Position numbers and translations under genes: made by a program. From an uncultured Thermoleophilia bacterium (GTDB lineage: Bacteria > Actinomycetota > Thermoleophilia > UBA2241), in the NCBI GenBank assembly GCA_963702475.1, contig CAVPCT010000003.1, positions 1,073,819-1,137,818 of the forward strand: a stretch of DNA of 64,000 bases. Direction: 5' to 3'. Under the pieces are notes generated by a model that did not search any database, was not told the DNA's origin, and was given only the letters and a program-made list of their open reading frames with translations. Numbering within the stretch: position 1 is the first letter of the stretch; every line of letters starts with the position of its first letter. Of this stretch, positions 1-13,204 are shown piece after piece.

Positions 1-397
1 CGACCGCCGCAAGGCCGTGCAGGACAGCATGGACACCGCCGAACAGGCGCGCGCCGAAGCCCGGCGGCTGCTCGCGGAGTACGAGGCTACGCTGGCCAAG
101 GTGCGCCAGGAGTCGGAGGAGATCCTCGAGCGCGCCCGCTCCACGGGGGAGCACGCCAAGACCGAGCTCATGGCCGAGGCGCGGGCCCAGTCCGAGCGGC
201 TGCTGGCACAGGCCCACGAGCAGATCGAGCGTGACACGCGCGCCGCGGTGCGCGACCTCAAGGGGCAGATCGCCGACCTTACGGCGCTCGCCACCGAGAA
301 GGTCATGGCCCGTGCCATCACCGCCGCCGACCAGCGTCGTCTCATCGACGAGGCGCTGGCCGAGCTCAACGTCGAGCAGCTTGGCAGGGAGAACTAG
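1..397 (+). CDS. atpF: F0F1 ATP synthase subunit b (5' truncated by window edge)
   Basis: Coiled-coil Ala/Glu/Arg-rich ORF open from the window start, directly upstream of atpH; ends in TAG at 395-397. Confidence 0.9.
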   Translation, partial: DRRKAVQDSMDTAEQARAEARRLLAEYEATLAKVRQESEEILERARSTGEHAKTELMAEARAQSERLLAQAHEQIERDTRAAVRDLKGQIADLTALATEKVMARAITAADQRRLIDEALAELNVEQLGREN

Positions 398-399
398 CG

Positions 400-957
400 A
401 TGGGTGAGGAGCAGGTCGCGGCGGTCTACGCCCGCGCCCTCTTCGACGCGGCCGGCCAGGCCGGCGCCGTCGAGCCGGTGCGCGAGGAGCTCGACGCCTT
501 CGCCGATGCGCTCTCGGCGTCGGCGCAGCTGCGCGACGTGCTCTCCGACCCGCAGGTCGACACGGCCGCCAAGCGCCGCGTGCTCGCCGAGATCACGCGT
601 GACGGGCAACCGCTCGTGCGCAACACGCTGCTCCTCCTCCTCGATCGCGGCCGTTTCGCCGTGACCGGGGAGCTGCGCGCGGCATACGATGCGCTGGCCG
701 CCCGTGAGGCGGCGCGGGTCGAGGTGGAGGTGACGTCCGCCGTGACCCTCACGGAGGACGACCGCAAGAAGATCGCCGCGCGGGTCGCGGAGACCACGGG
801 ACGCACGGTCGACCTCACGGAGCGGGTCGACCCCGGCATCCTGGGCGGTCTCGTGCTGCGCGTCGGCGACGTGATCGTCGACGGCAGTGTGAAAGCCCGC
901 ATACGCCAGCTGCGCCGCCGGCTGGCTACCGCTGAATTGAGAGGTGACGTGGAGTGA
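400..957 (+). CDS. atpH: ATP synthase subunit delta
   Basis: [11 protein letters not shown]-terminus; [23 protein letters not shown]-terminal motif. Confidence 0.95.
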   Translation: MGEEQVAAVYARALFDAAGQAGAVEPVREELDAFADALSASAQLRDVLSDPQVDTAAKRRVLAEITRDGQPLVRNTLLLLLDRGRFAVTGELRAAYDALAAREAARVEVEVTSAVTLTEDDRKKIAARVAETTGRTVDLTERVDPGILGGLVLRVGDVIVDGSVKARIRQLRRRLATAELRGDVE

Positions 958-2514
958 AGCTGCGCCCTGAAGAGATCGCCTCGGTCCTCAAAGCACAGAT
1001 CGAGAACTACCAAGCCGAGGTCGAGGTCGACGAGGTCGGCACCGTCCTCGAAGTGGGCGACGGCATCGCCCGCATCTACGGCCTGCGCAACTGCCTGGCC
1101 ATGGAGATGCTCGAGCTCCCACACGACGTCACCGGTCTCGCGCTCAACCTCGAGGAGGAGAACGTCGGCGCCGTGCTGCTGGGCGAGGACACCCTCATCA
1201 AGGAGGGTGACCTGGTCAAGCGCACCGGCAGGGTGCTGCAGGTCCCGGTCGGCGAGGCGCTCGTGGGTCGCGTGGTCGACCCTCTCGGCCGCCCGCTCGA
1301 CGACAAGGGGCCCATCGAGACCACTGAGACCCGGCCGGTCGAGTTCAAGGCCCCGGGTGTCGTACAGCGTCAGGGGGTCAAGGAGCCGCTGCAGACCGGC
1401 ATCAAGGCCATCGACTCCATGATCCCGATCGGCCGCGGCCAGCGCGAGCTCGATCATCGGTGACCGTCAGACCGGCAAGACGTCCATCATCGTCGACACC
1501 ATCATCAACCAGAGGGGTCAGGACGAGATCTGCGTGTACGTCGCCATCGGTCAGAAGGCGTCCACCGTCATGCAGGTCGTGCAGAAGCTCGAAGAGTACG
1601 GCGCCATGGACTACACCATCGTCGTGGCCGCCACCGCGTCCGCCTCGGCTCCGCTCAAGTACCTGGCGCCGTACGCCGGCGCCGCTATGGGCGAGTACTT
1701 CCTCTACAGCGGCCGTCACGCGGTGTGCTTCTACGACGACCTCAGCAAGCAGGCCGACGCCTACCGCCAGATGTCGCTGCTGCTGCGCCGCCCGCCGGGC
1801 CGCGAAGCCTTTCCCGGCGACGTCTTCTACCTGCACTCGCGCCTGCTCGAGCGCGCCGTCAAGCTCAACGACGAGCTCGGCGGCGGGTCGCTCACAGCCA
1901 TCCCCGTCATCGAGACGCAGGCCGGCGATGTATCGGCCTACATCCCGACCAATGTGATCTCCATCACCGACGGGCAGATCTTCCTGCAGAGCGACCTGTT
2001 CTACTCTGGCGTGCGTCCCGCCGTGAACATCGGCATCTCCGTCAGCCGTGTGGGCGGTAACGCCCAGATCAAGGCCATGAAGCAGGTCGCCGGCCGTCTG
2101 CGCATCGACCTTGCGCAGTTCCGCGAGCTGCAGGCGTTCGCCTCGTTCGGCTCCGACCTCGACGAGGCCACCAAGAGGACCCTCGCCCGCGGCGAGCGCA
2201 TGATCGAGCTGCTCAACCAGGGCCGCTTCGACCCCATGCCGGTCGAGGAGCAGGTCGCGGTGATCTTCGCCGGCAGCAACGGCTACATCGACGACATCGA
2301 GGTGGAGCGCGTGAGCGCCTTCACCGAGGGCCTGCGTCAGTACCTCAAGGCCGAGTGCGCCGAGACGCTGGCGGCCATCCGCGACGAGAAGGTGGTGTCC
2401 GAGGCGAGCGACGCCAAGCTTCGCGAGGCCATCGAGGCGTTCCACAACTCGTTCGCGCCCGAGGCCGGCGCTCCGGGCATCCCTGCCGAAGACATCGAGG
2501 CGGTCGGGGCCTGA
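954..2514 (+). CDS. atpA: ATP synthase subunit alpha, split by a +1 insertion at ~1451 (probable consensus error)
   Basis: [10 protein letters not shown] and PIGRGQREL in one frame, then [10 protein letters not shown] and [23 protein letters not shown] in the next; removing one base from gagctcgatc restores [13 protein letters not shown]. Confidence 0.95.
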
Positions 2515-4854
<2,340 letters not shown>

Positions 4855-4861
4855 GGCACCC

Positions 4862-5293
4862 GTGGGCGACCAGCATGCACTGCACGTCGAAGTCGTCACG
4901 CCGGACGGCGAGGTCTTCAGCCGGGATGTCGGCATGGTCGTGCTGCCGGGTGTGGAGGGAGAGCTCGGCGTCCTGCCGCGGCACCAGCCGCTTGTGACGC
5001 TGCTGGGCGTGGGGGAGACCCGCATCCGCGACCTCGACGGCGAGTGGGAGTACATCGCCACGGGCATCGGCTACGCGCAGGTCCTGTTCGACAAGGTCCT
5101 GGTGGTGGTCGACCACGGCGAGCTCGCCGGCTCCATCGACCACATCCGGGCACAGGAGGCGCGGGACCGCGCCCAGGAACGGCTGCGGGACCGCAAGGAC
5201 CCGGGCGCTCAGGCGGAGGTAGACTACTTCCGCGCCGAACAGGCGCTCAAACGCGCCGAGAACCGTATCAGCGTCGCGCAGCGCCGGCGCTGA
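4862..5293 (+). CDS. atpC: ATP synthase subunit epsilon
   Basis: LHVEVVTPDG...GELGVLPRHQPLVT; GTG at 4862 within the listed ORF 4397..5293. Confidence 0.93.
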   Translation: MGDQHALHVEVVTPDGEVFSRDVGMVVLPGVEGELGVLPRHQPLVTLLGVGETRIRDLDGEWEYIATGIGYAQVLFDKVLVVVDHGELAGSIDHIRAQEARDRAQERLRDRKDPGAQAEVDYFRAEQALKRAENRISVAQRRR

Positions 5294-5333
5294 CGACGGC
5301 CCTCGGTCGGTGGCTCGGACTGAGGACCTTCTG

Positions 5334-6678
5334 ATGGACGGTTCGACCGTACAGGACGCGCGTCTCGAAGTGCGCGGCGGACGGCGGCTGCACGGCAGCG
5401 TCTCGCTGTCGGGCGCCAAGAACTCCGCGCTCAAGCTGCTGGCCGCCTGTCTGCTCACGGACGAACCGTGCGTCGTCCGCCGCGCCCCGCGCATCACCGA
5501 CGTCGGCACCATGCTCACCATGCTCCGCGCCCTCGGCGCGGAGGTGAGCGAACACACCGACGGCACGCTGCGCGTGCAGCGCGCGCGCCTCTCTGGGCAA
5601 CTGCGCGCCGTACGAGCTGGTACGCACCATGCGCGCCAGCATCATCGTGATGGGCCCGCTGGTGGCGCGTCTGGGCGAGGCCACGATCGCCATGCCGGGC
5701 GGCTGCAACATCGGGCCGCGGAGGATCGACTTCCACATCCGCGGCCTCGAGAAGCTCGGCGCCTCGGTGCAGATCGACCACGGGTTCATCCGCGTGCACA
5801 CCGACGGTCTTCGGGGGGCCGTCGTGCCGCTCGACTATCCGAGCGTGGGCGCCACCGAGAACCTGCTCATGGCTGCGACGGCCGCGCGTGGCGAGACCGT
5901 CATCGAGAACGCCGCCCGCGAGCCTGAGATCGCCGACCTCGCGGCGTTCCTCATCGGCATGGGCGCCGTCATCGAGGGCGCCGGAACGAGCACGGTGCGC
6001 GTCGAGGGCGGCCACCCGCTCCACGGCGTCGACCACGAGGTGGTGGCCGATCGCATCGAGGCGGGCACCTACCTGGTCATGGGGGCCGCCACAGGCGGCG
6101 AGGTCACGGCCCTCGGTCTTGACCCCGTGCACCTCGAGCGCTTCCTGGAGAAGCTCGACGCCATGGGCGTCGCCGTCAGCACCGGGGAGCACAGCATCAC
6201 GGTACGCCGGGAGGGGCCGCTCGCGCCGGTCGACATCTCCACCCTGCCGCACCCCGGGTTCCCCACCGACCTTCAGGCGCAGACCATGGTCCTGTTGTCG
6301 CTGGCGCAGGGGACGTCCATAGTCACGGAGAACGTGTTCGAGAACCGCTTCGTGGTCGTCGACGAGCTCAACCGTCTGGGGGCCGGGATCAGCACGAGTG
6401 GACATCACGCCGTCGTGGAAGGACCGCGCGCCCTGAGTGGTACGGTCGTCGAGGCCCCCGACCTGCGCGGAGGCGCCGCGCTCGTGGCCGCGGGGCTCGT
6501 GGCGGACGGCGTCACCGAGGTGCGCGCAGTGCACCACATCGAGCGCGGCTACGAAGACCTCATCGGCAAGCTGACCGCGCTGGGCGCCGACGTGACACTG
6601 CTCGGCGGCGAACGAACGGAGGCTCTGCCGGCCTCGTCTCTCAGCACGTACCGGAGTGACGCGGCGCGCAGCGCCTGA
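5334..6678 (+). CDS. murA: UDP-N-acetylglucosamine 1-carboxyvinyltransferase, +1 insertion at ~5580
   Basis: GAKNSALK, then after the frame change MRAS, PGGCNIGPRRID, SVGATEN, GFPTDLQ, DLRGGAAL, HIERGYE. Confidence 0.95.
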
Positions 6679-6701
6679 CGGCGCACGCCCGCTGGAGGAG
6701 C

Positions 6702-8735
6702 ATGGGCACCTACCGTGTCTACAAGGTCGGTGAGGAGGAGGCCGTGCGCGAGGCGCGCGCGGCGGTCGCCAGACCACTGAGGGGCAGAGGCGGATCGGCC
6801 GGACCGCGGTCTTCCGGACTCCGCCCCCTGCTGGTGTGGGCGGCGGTGGCGGCGGCGTGCGCCGCGGCCGCCGCCCTCTTCTGGTTCTACGGCCGCGAGA
6901 TGCTCGGCAACTCGCAGGCCGCCTTCGATCTCGCCAAGCTCTCCGGCAAGGTGCCGGGCTGGGCCTTCTACGGGGTGCCGCTCATCGCGGCCGGCATCGT
7001 GGCCCTCGCGGCCGTGTACCTGGCGTTCGGCCGGTACCTGGCGCTCAAGCTGATCGGCGTGGCCGTCGTAGTCGTGGTGCTGGCTGCGCCGGGGCTCGCC
7101 CTGGGTTGGGCCAACGGTACCGTGAGCGTCGTGTCCCACCGTTCCGCCGCCGTGCAGAAGGTCGTGACGGAGACCACCAAAGAGCTCCGCCCCGCGCTGC
7201 CCGGCAGGGCGCAGAACATCCTGCTCATCGGCTCGGACAAGTCCGACGTGATCGGCGACCCGGGGCGTTCGGACACGCAGATGCTCATCAGGCTGGACCC
7301 GCAGACGAAGAGCATCACCATGCTCTCCCTGCCGCGCGACCTGCGCGTGCTCATCCCCGATCACGGCTACGACAAGATGAACACGGCCTACTCGTACGGC
7401 GGGCCGCCGCTGGTGGTGAAGACGTTCAAGGAGATCACGGGCCTGCCGGTGCACCACTTCGTGGAGATCGACTTCGCCGGCTTCTGGCACGTCACCAACA
7501 TCCTCGGCGGCGTCTACATCCCCGTGGACCACAAGTACTTCGTCCCGGCCAGCGCCGACTACAAGTCCATCAACCTCGACGCAGGCTACCAGCTGGTGCG
7601 CGGCAAGCAGGCCCTCAACTACGTGCGCTACCGCCACGACCAACGCGGTGACTTCACGCGCATGCAGCGTCAGCAGTTGTTCCTCAAGGAGCTGCAGCGC
7701 CAGTCCGGCCGCTGGAGCGGGGACTGGCAGCAGGTGCTCGAGCTCATCAACGCCATCGCCGCGGAGACGACCTCCGATATCGACTCCCTGAAGCGGCTCG
7801 AGCCGCTCGTCGAGCTCGTGTTCGAGGTCGACACCGCCAAGATCACCACCGTCCACCTCGAAGGCGAGACGCCGATGATCGACGGCGTCTCCTACGTCAC
7901 CGCCACGCAGGAGCAGATCGACGCGGCCGTGGAGGAGTTCGAGAACCCGGCGCAGGCGCCGGTCAAGGATGCCGCCCCCAAGATCAGCAAGAAGCTGTAC
8001 CCGGTCACCGTGTACAACGGCAGCGGCATCCCCGGCCTCTCCACGACGGCGGCGAACCAGCTCGTGGCACAGGGCTATCGCGCCGAGGTCGGCCCCGACG
8101 ATCCCTCGTTCCCGGGCACCACCACCATGGTGTACGCGCCGGAGTCCCTGGAGCGACCCGCCAAGGCCATCGCGGCGATGTTCTCGCCCTCCGATGTCCA
8201 GCTCGTCGAACGGGCCCCCGGTGTGTCCGACGGCATCGAGGTCATGGTCACGTCGTCGTTCGACGGCGTGCTGAACATCCCCGAGGCCCCGGCAGAACAG
8301 CCGCAGCAGACGCTGGAGAAGAACCTGCGCTATGACGCGGCCTCGTGGAAGGCTCTGGCACAGCAGACGCCGCTGCGCCTGGTGATGCCCACCTCATGGC
8401 CGAGCGGCTCCGTGTACGAGGAGTTCCGCAAGTACAGCATCCCCAACTACGACGGCAAGGGCACGCGGGCTGCCGTCGCCGTTGCGCGCACGCCGCTGGG
8501 TGGCTACTGGAGTGTGCAGACCATGCGGTGGACCGACCCGCCGGCCATCGAGGACCCCAGCGACGTGCGGACCGTCAAGGGCCAGAAGTACCTGCTGTTC
8601 TACCAGGGAGACGACCTGCACATGGTCGCCTGGGAGCGCCACGACACCCTGTACTGGATCCTCAACACGCTCGACAACCAGCTCTCCAGCGACGTCATGC
8701 TCGGCCTGGCGACGTCGTGCAAGCCCGTGAAGTGA
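6702..8735 (+). CDS. LCP (LytR-CpsA-Psr) glycopolymer transferase with LytR_C domain
   Basis: N-terminal TMs; NILLIGSD, RSDT, SLPRD, YVRYRH, DFTRMQRQQ; VYNGSGIPGL LytR_C motif. Confidence 0.9.
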   Translation: MGTYRVYKVGEEEAVREARAAVARPLRGRGGSAGPRSSGLRPLLVWAAVAAACAAAAALFWFYGREMLGNSQAAFDLAKLSGKVPGWAFYGVPLIAAGIVALAAVYLAFGRYLALKLIGVAVVVVVLAAPGLALGWANGTVSVVSHRSAAVQKVVTETTKELRPALPGRAQNILLIGSDKSDVIGDPGRSDTQMLIRLDPQTKSITMLSLPRDLRVLIPDHGYDKMNTAYSYGGPPLVVKTFKEITGLPVHHFVEIDFAGFWHVTNILGGVYIPVDHKYFVPASADYKSINLDAGYQLVRGKQALNYVRYRHDQRGDFTRMQRQQLFLKELQRQSGRWSGDWQQVLELINAIAAETTSDIDSLKRLEPLVELVFEVDTAKITTVHLEGETPMIDGVSYVTATQEQIDAAVEEFENPAQAPVKDAAPKISKKLYPVTVYNGSGIPGLSTTAANQLVAQGYRAEVGPDDPSFPGTTTMVYAPESLERPAKAIAAMFSPSDVQLVERAPGVSDGIEVMVTSSFDGVLNIPEAPAEQPQQTLEKNLRYDAASWKALAQQTPLRLVMPTSWPSGSVYEEFRKYSIPNYDGKGTRAAVAVARTPLGGYWSVQTMRWTDPPAIEDPSDVRTVKGQKYLLFYQGDDLHMVAWERHDTLYWILNTLDNQLSSDVMLGLATSCKPVK

Positions 8736-10414
8736 AGCTTCTGCGAGCCGTGCTGGCGCGCCTCGACCCATGGGCCGCCATCGTGCTCGGCGTCCTCGTC
8801 GCCCTCGGCGTCGTCATCCTGCTTGCCACACCCGGACCGTGGCACAAGGTCGTCGGGCCGCCGCCGGCGGTGGACCTGGCGCCGCCGCCCCCGACCGATC
8901 TGGCCGTGTTCGCGCTCACCGGCCCTCGGCGGGCGTGTGAGGCGGTCGTGTGGGTCCACGTGGACCACGAGGTCCCCTCGCTGACGGCCGTGGTCTGCGC
9001 GCCTCCCACTCAGGGCTTCCTGGCCGGCGCCGGCTTCATGCCGCTTACGAAGATGGTGGATGCGGCCGGACCGGCAGCCGCCACGACCGCGCTCGGACAG
9101 GAGCTGGGCGTCCACATGGACGCCTGGCTGACGCTGGACGACGAGGCCGTGCGCATCGCGTTCTCGGCGGCCGAGCCTGCCGGGTCCGGGAGCGCCAGGG
9201 TGGTGCAGTATCGCGGCTGGGAGGGCGCCTGGAACGGCTCCGTGGGTCCCGTGCGCGCCTGGCGGCTGCAGACGACCGCGCTGGCACAGAGCTTGCTGCG
9301 CGTGCCCTGGGGACGCACCAGCATCATCGGCTTCGCCAACTACGTGCTCGGCTTCGGTCACGTTCGCACGGACATGGATCTCCAGCAGGCCACGTCGCTC
9401 GCCACCACGCTGAAGGCGCTACCGCCGTCGCAGGCGGGCGCGTGTGCGGTGCCGGCGCTCGTCGAGACGTGCCGCGCCGGCCGGGCGTGGCGGGTGGACC
9501 CTGGGGCGGCCGCGGTCCTGCGCCGGGAGCTGGCCGCAGGCCGCCTCCCGGAGCCCGCGCGGCCGGTAATCACGCTCGCTGCGGTCCCGGCCAGGGTGCT
9601 GGTCGTGCTGCCCGGCCGGCGGCCGGCTGCGCGCGCCTACGTCGACGAGGTCCGGCGCCAGCTTGCGGTGTCCGCCGGCGCCCCCGTCGCCGTGAAGGCG
9701 ATCACCGTGACCGCGTGGCCGCGCCTGGCGGCGCGTACCGTGGCCGCGGCGCGGGCGTGGCGTCCGCTGGCGGTGCTGGTCGGCCCGCCCGTGGCCTCGT
9801 CCTCCGCCGAGGCGGCCGAGGCCCTGGCCTCGTTGCGCGTGCTCGGCATCGCGCTGCGCATCAACTGGCTGCCGGCTGTGGTGAGCCGGCCGTTTCCCAC
9901 CGAGACCACCGGAACGGTCGTGCCCGGCGCTGCCGACCTGCACGCGGCCGTCGTCACGTCGCGCCAGCCAGTGTCGCCGCTCGCCGCGCCGTCCGGCGAG
10001 ACGGCCGCCGCCGCGCAGTCCAGCGAAATGACCGCCGCGGCAGAGGCGCGCCGCGCCGCGCGGGCGAACGTGGCCACGCTGGTGCGCGCCTGCCGGTCGG
10101 GCACACTGGCGCCGCACCTCGCGTCGACGCGGCTCGGCTTCTCCTTCGCCGCCCGCAGGCGCACCCATGTGGCGGTGCTCGCGCCGGCCCCTGACCTCGC
10201 GGCGAGCTACGCGGCCAGACTGCGGACATGGGGCTTCCAGGCCCGCGCGGAGACGGATGAGTTGTGGACGCCCCCGCTCCTGCGTGAGGCTGTGTTCTAC
10301 CACGACGGCGAGCGGCGTGCCGCCGTGTCGCTCGCCGGGGACCTCGGGCTGCCTGTGTCCGCGGTCGCCGCCGAGCCCGGCGGCCCGGCGCAGCTGACGT
10401 TGTCGGTCAAGTGA
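8732..10414 (+). CDS. Degenerate LCP-like membrane protein with a C-terminal LytR_C-like region
   Basis: GTGA overlap with the upstream LCP gene; one TM; LCP-like layout (ELGVHMDAWLTLD, VRTDMDL) but no catalytic Arg/Asp motifs. Confidence 0.55.
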   Translation: MKLLRAVLARLDPWAAIVLGVLVALGVVILLATPGPWHKVVGPPPAVDLAPPPPTDLAVFALTGPRRACEAVVWVHVDHEVPSLTAVVCAPPTQGFLAGAGFMPLTKMVDAAGPAAATTALGQELGVHMDAWLTLDDEAVRIAFSAAEPAGSGSARVVQYRGWEGAWNGSVGPVRAWRLQTTALAQSLLRVPWGRTSIIGFANYVLGFGHVRTDMDLQQATSLATTLKALPPSQAGACAVPALVETCRAGRAWRVDPGAAAVLRRELAAGRLPEPARPVITLAAVPARVLVVLPGRRPAARAYVDEVRRQLAVSAGAPVAVKAITVTAWPRLAARTVAAARAWRPLAVLVGPPVASSSAEAAEALASLRVLGIALRINWLPAVVSRPFPTETTGTVVPGAADLHAAVVTSRQPVSPLAAPSGETAAAAQSSEMTAAAEARRAARANVATLVRACRSGTLAPHLASTRLGFSFAARRRTHVAVLAPAPDLAASYAARLRTWGFQARAETDELWTPPLLREAVFYHDGERRAAVSLAGDLGLPVSAVAAEPGGPAQLTLSVK

Positions 10415-10415
10415 A

Positions 10416-10451
10416 CGACGAAGCGCCCTCCGGAGGGAGGGCGCTTCGTCG
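10416..10451. terminator. Hairpin between convergent genes (probable bidirectional terminator)
   Basis: cgacgaagcgccctcc-ggag-ggagggcgcttcgtcg, 16-bp perfect stem. Confidence 0.75.
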
Positions 10452-10473
10452 CAGACGGGTCTGCCGCGGGTGT

Positions 10474-10848
10474 CTAGGCCGAGACGCGGCGGCGAAGATA
10501 GGCTCCGCCCCCGATCAGTCCCAGCCCGGCGCCGAGGATGAGGATGACCTCACCGCCGGTGAACGCGAGCTCGCCGCTCTGCTCGCCGGGAGCCTGCAGG
10601 CTGGCGAGGTAGTCCTCGAGGGTGCCTTTGACCCCTCCGTACTCGTCCTCCGTGGGGTTGTTCTCCACGTACGCCAGAGCCGCGCGGATCTGCTCGGCAG
10701 TCCAGTCCTCGCCGTCGATGGTGCCGTCCCTGGCGTCGTCGATGATGGCGTCGATCGTGTCCTGAGAGACCGCGGCCGACGCGGCGACGGCGAACACCAG
10801 AAGGAGGACAAGCGCGAGCGCCAGAACGGCAACGAACTTGGCCTTCAT
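10474..10848 (-). CDS. Small secreted protein with LAXTG cell-wall sorting signal
   Basis: Signal peptide ending AASA, acidic core, LAFTG + TM + RRR tail; GGGGGG SD upstream. Confidence 0.8.
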   Translation of the reverse strand: MKAKFVAVLALALVLLLVFAVAASAAVSQDTIDAIIDDARDGTIDGEDWTAEQIRAALAYVENNPTEDEYGGVKGTLEDYLASLQAPGEQSGELAFTGGEVILILGAGLGLIGGGAYLRRRVSA

Positions 10849-11012
10849 GTTTTCACCCCCCCTCGAGCCACGTGGTCCGGTCGTGATGACCGGGCACTTA
10901 CCACTGCTTATACCATTCGACTACGACCAAGACCATATGTCGGCACCGACTTCGTGCCTCTGAAGCCCGGCGGGTAGGGTCGCCGTCGATGCTTACCGCT
11001 ATAATCCCAGCG

Positions 11013-13112
11013 ATGGAGCCCGGCGTAAACACACTCCGTTGGCGCGCGGGCCGCATCCGTGACGTCTTCCCCTTCGCGCTCACCCTCGTGTGCGCCGGCG
11101 CTCTGTGCTTTCTCTCCGGCGGTTTCATCTTCACGAGGAGCGCTCCCGTCGCCATCGTCTACCTGCTCGCCGCCGCGCTGTGGGTCTGGTTCCTGCGCCG
11201 TCGCACCGCTCCTTCGCCGCTCTTCCTCGTCACCCTTGCGGCATTCGGTCTGTTCGTGGCGTGGACGGGCCTCTCCGTCCTCTGGTCGCTGGGGCCGGAC
11301 AGGAGCTGGATGGCGTTCGACGTGGCGGCTCTGTATCTGTGCGTCCTGGGCGTCGTGGGGCTCACACCCGCGGGGCCGCTCCAGCTCCGTGTCGCCGGGT
11401 TCGGTTTTCTCGTCGTCTGCGTCGCCGTCGGCGTCTACGCGCTGCTCGGAAAGGTGACCCCCGATGTGGTGACGCACGCGCACCTGTACGCGAGGCTGAC
11501 CAGCCCTGTCGGGTACTGGAACGTGCTTGCGTTGCTGATGGTGATGGGCTTCGTCGTCGCGCTCTCTCTGGCGGGGGACCCTCGGGCGCATCCGTCTTGG
11601 AGGGTGATCGCCGCTGTGGCCGGCGTTCCGCTCCTCCTGACGTTCTTCTACAGCTTGTCGCGTGGCGGCTGGGTCGCGCTCGCAGTCGCTCTGGCGTTCT
11701 ACTTCGCGCTCTCCACGAGCAGGTTGTCCAGCTTCGTCAGCCTCGCGGTCATGGTCGCACCCGGCGCCGCAGTCGCCTGGGGGCTTCGCGGCCTGTCGAC
11801 CCTGGTCACCGCCACCACTGACGATGCTTTGCGCACCGCTGAAGGGCACACGCTGCTGCGCTGGACGCTGGTCGCGCTCGCGGTGACGGGCGCTCTGCAG
11901 GCGCTCGTCGTGCTGGCGCAGCGCCTGGTGCCGTGGCCGCCCCGGGCGCGTCTCGTCGCCGGCGTCGCCGTGGTCTTCGTGCTGGTGGGCGTCGCCTCCG
12001 TCGGCTCTTGGCGGTTCCTCGAGCCGCGCGGTGCCACGAGGTGGATCGAAGACCGCCTACACACGTTCATCGCCGGCGACGACGAGACGTATGCACACGA
12101 GGGCACGTCGCGTCTCATCTCCCTGAACACCGGCCGTCCGCCGTTGTGGCGGGAAGCGCTGCAGCAGTCCCGCTCTGCCCGTGCCGCGGGCACCGGCGCG
12201 GACACGTTCGTGTTCACGCACGAGCGCTTTCGTGAGAACGGAGCCGTGGTCAAGGATGCGCACAGCCAGTGGTTCAACGTCCTCAGTGAGCTCGGTGTCG
12301 TCGGCCTCGTCCTTTTCGTGGCAGCCATGGCGCTGGTCGTGGCATCGGCAGTGCGCAATCCATTCAGGGACAGAGGCGACCCCCTTCGGCCGCTCGTCGT
12401 GGCCCTGCAGGCCGGGGTGGTCGCCTTCATCGTCCACATCTCTTGGGACTGGGACTGGGACATGGCGGCCGTGACCGTCGTCTTCCTGCTGTTCGCCGCC
12501 ACGTGTTCGACGTATCTGGCCACGCGCCGGGACACGGTGGAGTCGGCGGTCCGCGGAGCTGCCGCGAGCCTTGGGGCCGGCGCCGGCGGCGTAGTCGTGC
12601 CGTCGGGCTCGGCGCGCACCCCGATCGACGAGTCGCAGCCCCTTCGCAGCTGCCCGGGCCCGGACGAGCCGCATCGCAGGTCCGCCATGACTTTGGCGCT
12701 CCGTGTCGGCGCCAGCACTGCGCTCGTGGTGCTGGTAGCGAGCTGGCTGTTCCCGTACCTCTCGCTGCGCGCGGAACAGGCCGCCGCGACTGCGTCGAGC
12801 AGGGGCGATCCAGCCGCGGCTCTCGGCCAGGTGCAGCGCGCCGAGCGCTTGAATCCTCTGGCTGCGGATCCGCTCGTCACGCAGGCGTTGCTGCTGCAGC
12901 ACCTCGGACGCAACGGCGAGGCGCTCGAGACGCTGCGGCGGGCAGAGCGACTTCAGCCGGACTACGCCAAGCCGTACTTCTACGAGGGTGTGCTGCTCCT
13001 CACGGCGTTCGACGACCGCGAGGGAGCGATCGCCGCCCTCACGCACGCCCTCGCTCTCAATCCTTTCGATCGCCTGGCGCGCTACGAGCTCGAGCAGGCC
13101 TTCCGTCGCTGA
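11013..13112 (+). CDS. O-antigen ligase/polymerase-family membrane protein with C-terminal TPR
   Basis: Multiple TMs; RLTSPVGYWN, SLSRGG, GRPPLW, DAHSQW motifs; TPR-like tail; TATAAT at 11000-11005 just before the ATG. Confidence 0.8.
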   Translation: MEPGVNTLRWRAGRIRDVFPFALTLVCAGALCFLSGGFIFTRSAPVAIVYLLAAALWVWFLRRRTAPSPLFLVTLAAFGLFVAWTGLSVLWSLGPDRSWMAFDVAALYLCVLGVVGLTPAGPLQLRVAGFGFLVVCVAVGVYALLGKVTPDVVTHAHLYARLTSPVGYWNVLALLMVMGFVVALSLAGDPRAHPSWRVIAAVAGVPLLLTFFYSLSRGGWVALAVALAFYFALSTSRLSSFVSLAVMVAPGAAVAWGLRGLSTLVTATTDDALRTAEGHTLLRWTLVALAVTGALQALVVLAQRLVPWPPRARLVAGVAVVFVLVGVASVGSWRFLEPRGATRWIEDRLHTFIAGDDETYAHEGTSRLISLNTGRPPLWREALQQSRSARAAGTGADTFVFTHERFRENGAVVKDAHSQWFNVLSELGVVGLVLFVAAMALVVASAVRNPFRDRGDPLRPLVVALQAGVVAFIVHISWDWDWDMAAVTVVFLLFAATCSTYLATRRDTVESAVRGAAASLGAGAGGVVVPSGSARTPIDESQPLRSCPGPDEPHRRSAMTLALRVGASTALVVLVASWLFPYLSLRAEQAAATASSRGDPAAALGQVQRAERLNPLAADPLVTQALLLQHLGRNGEALETLRRAERLQPDYAKPYFYEGVLLLTAFDDREGAIAALTHALALNPFDRLARYELEQAFRR

Positions 13113-13204
13113 CCCCCCGGCCGGCGGGCGCGCCGGGGCCGCGCCGACCCCTGTGGTAGACTTCCGCGCGTAGTTCCTCACGCCACCCGGAGGTGCTCCC
13201 CGCC

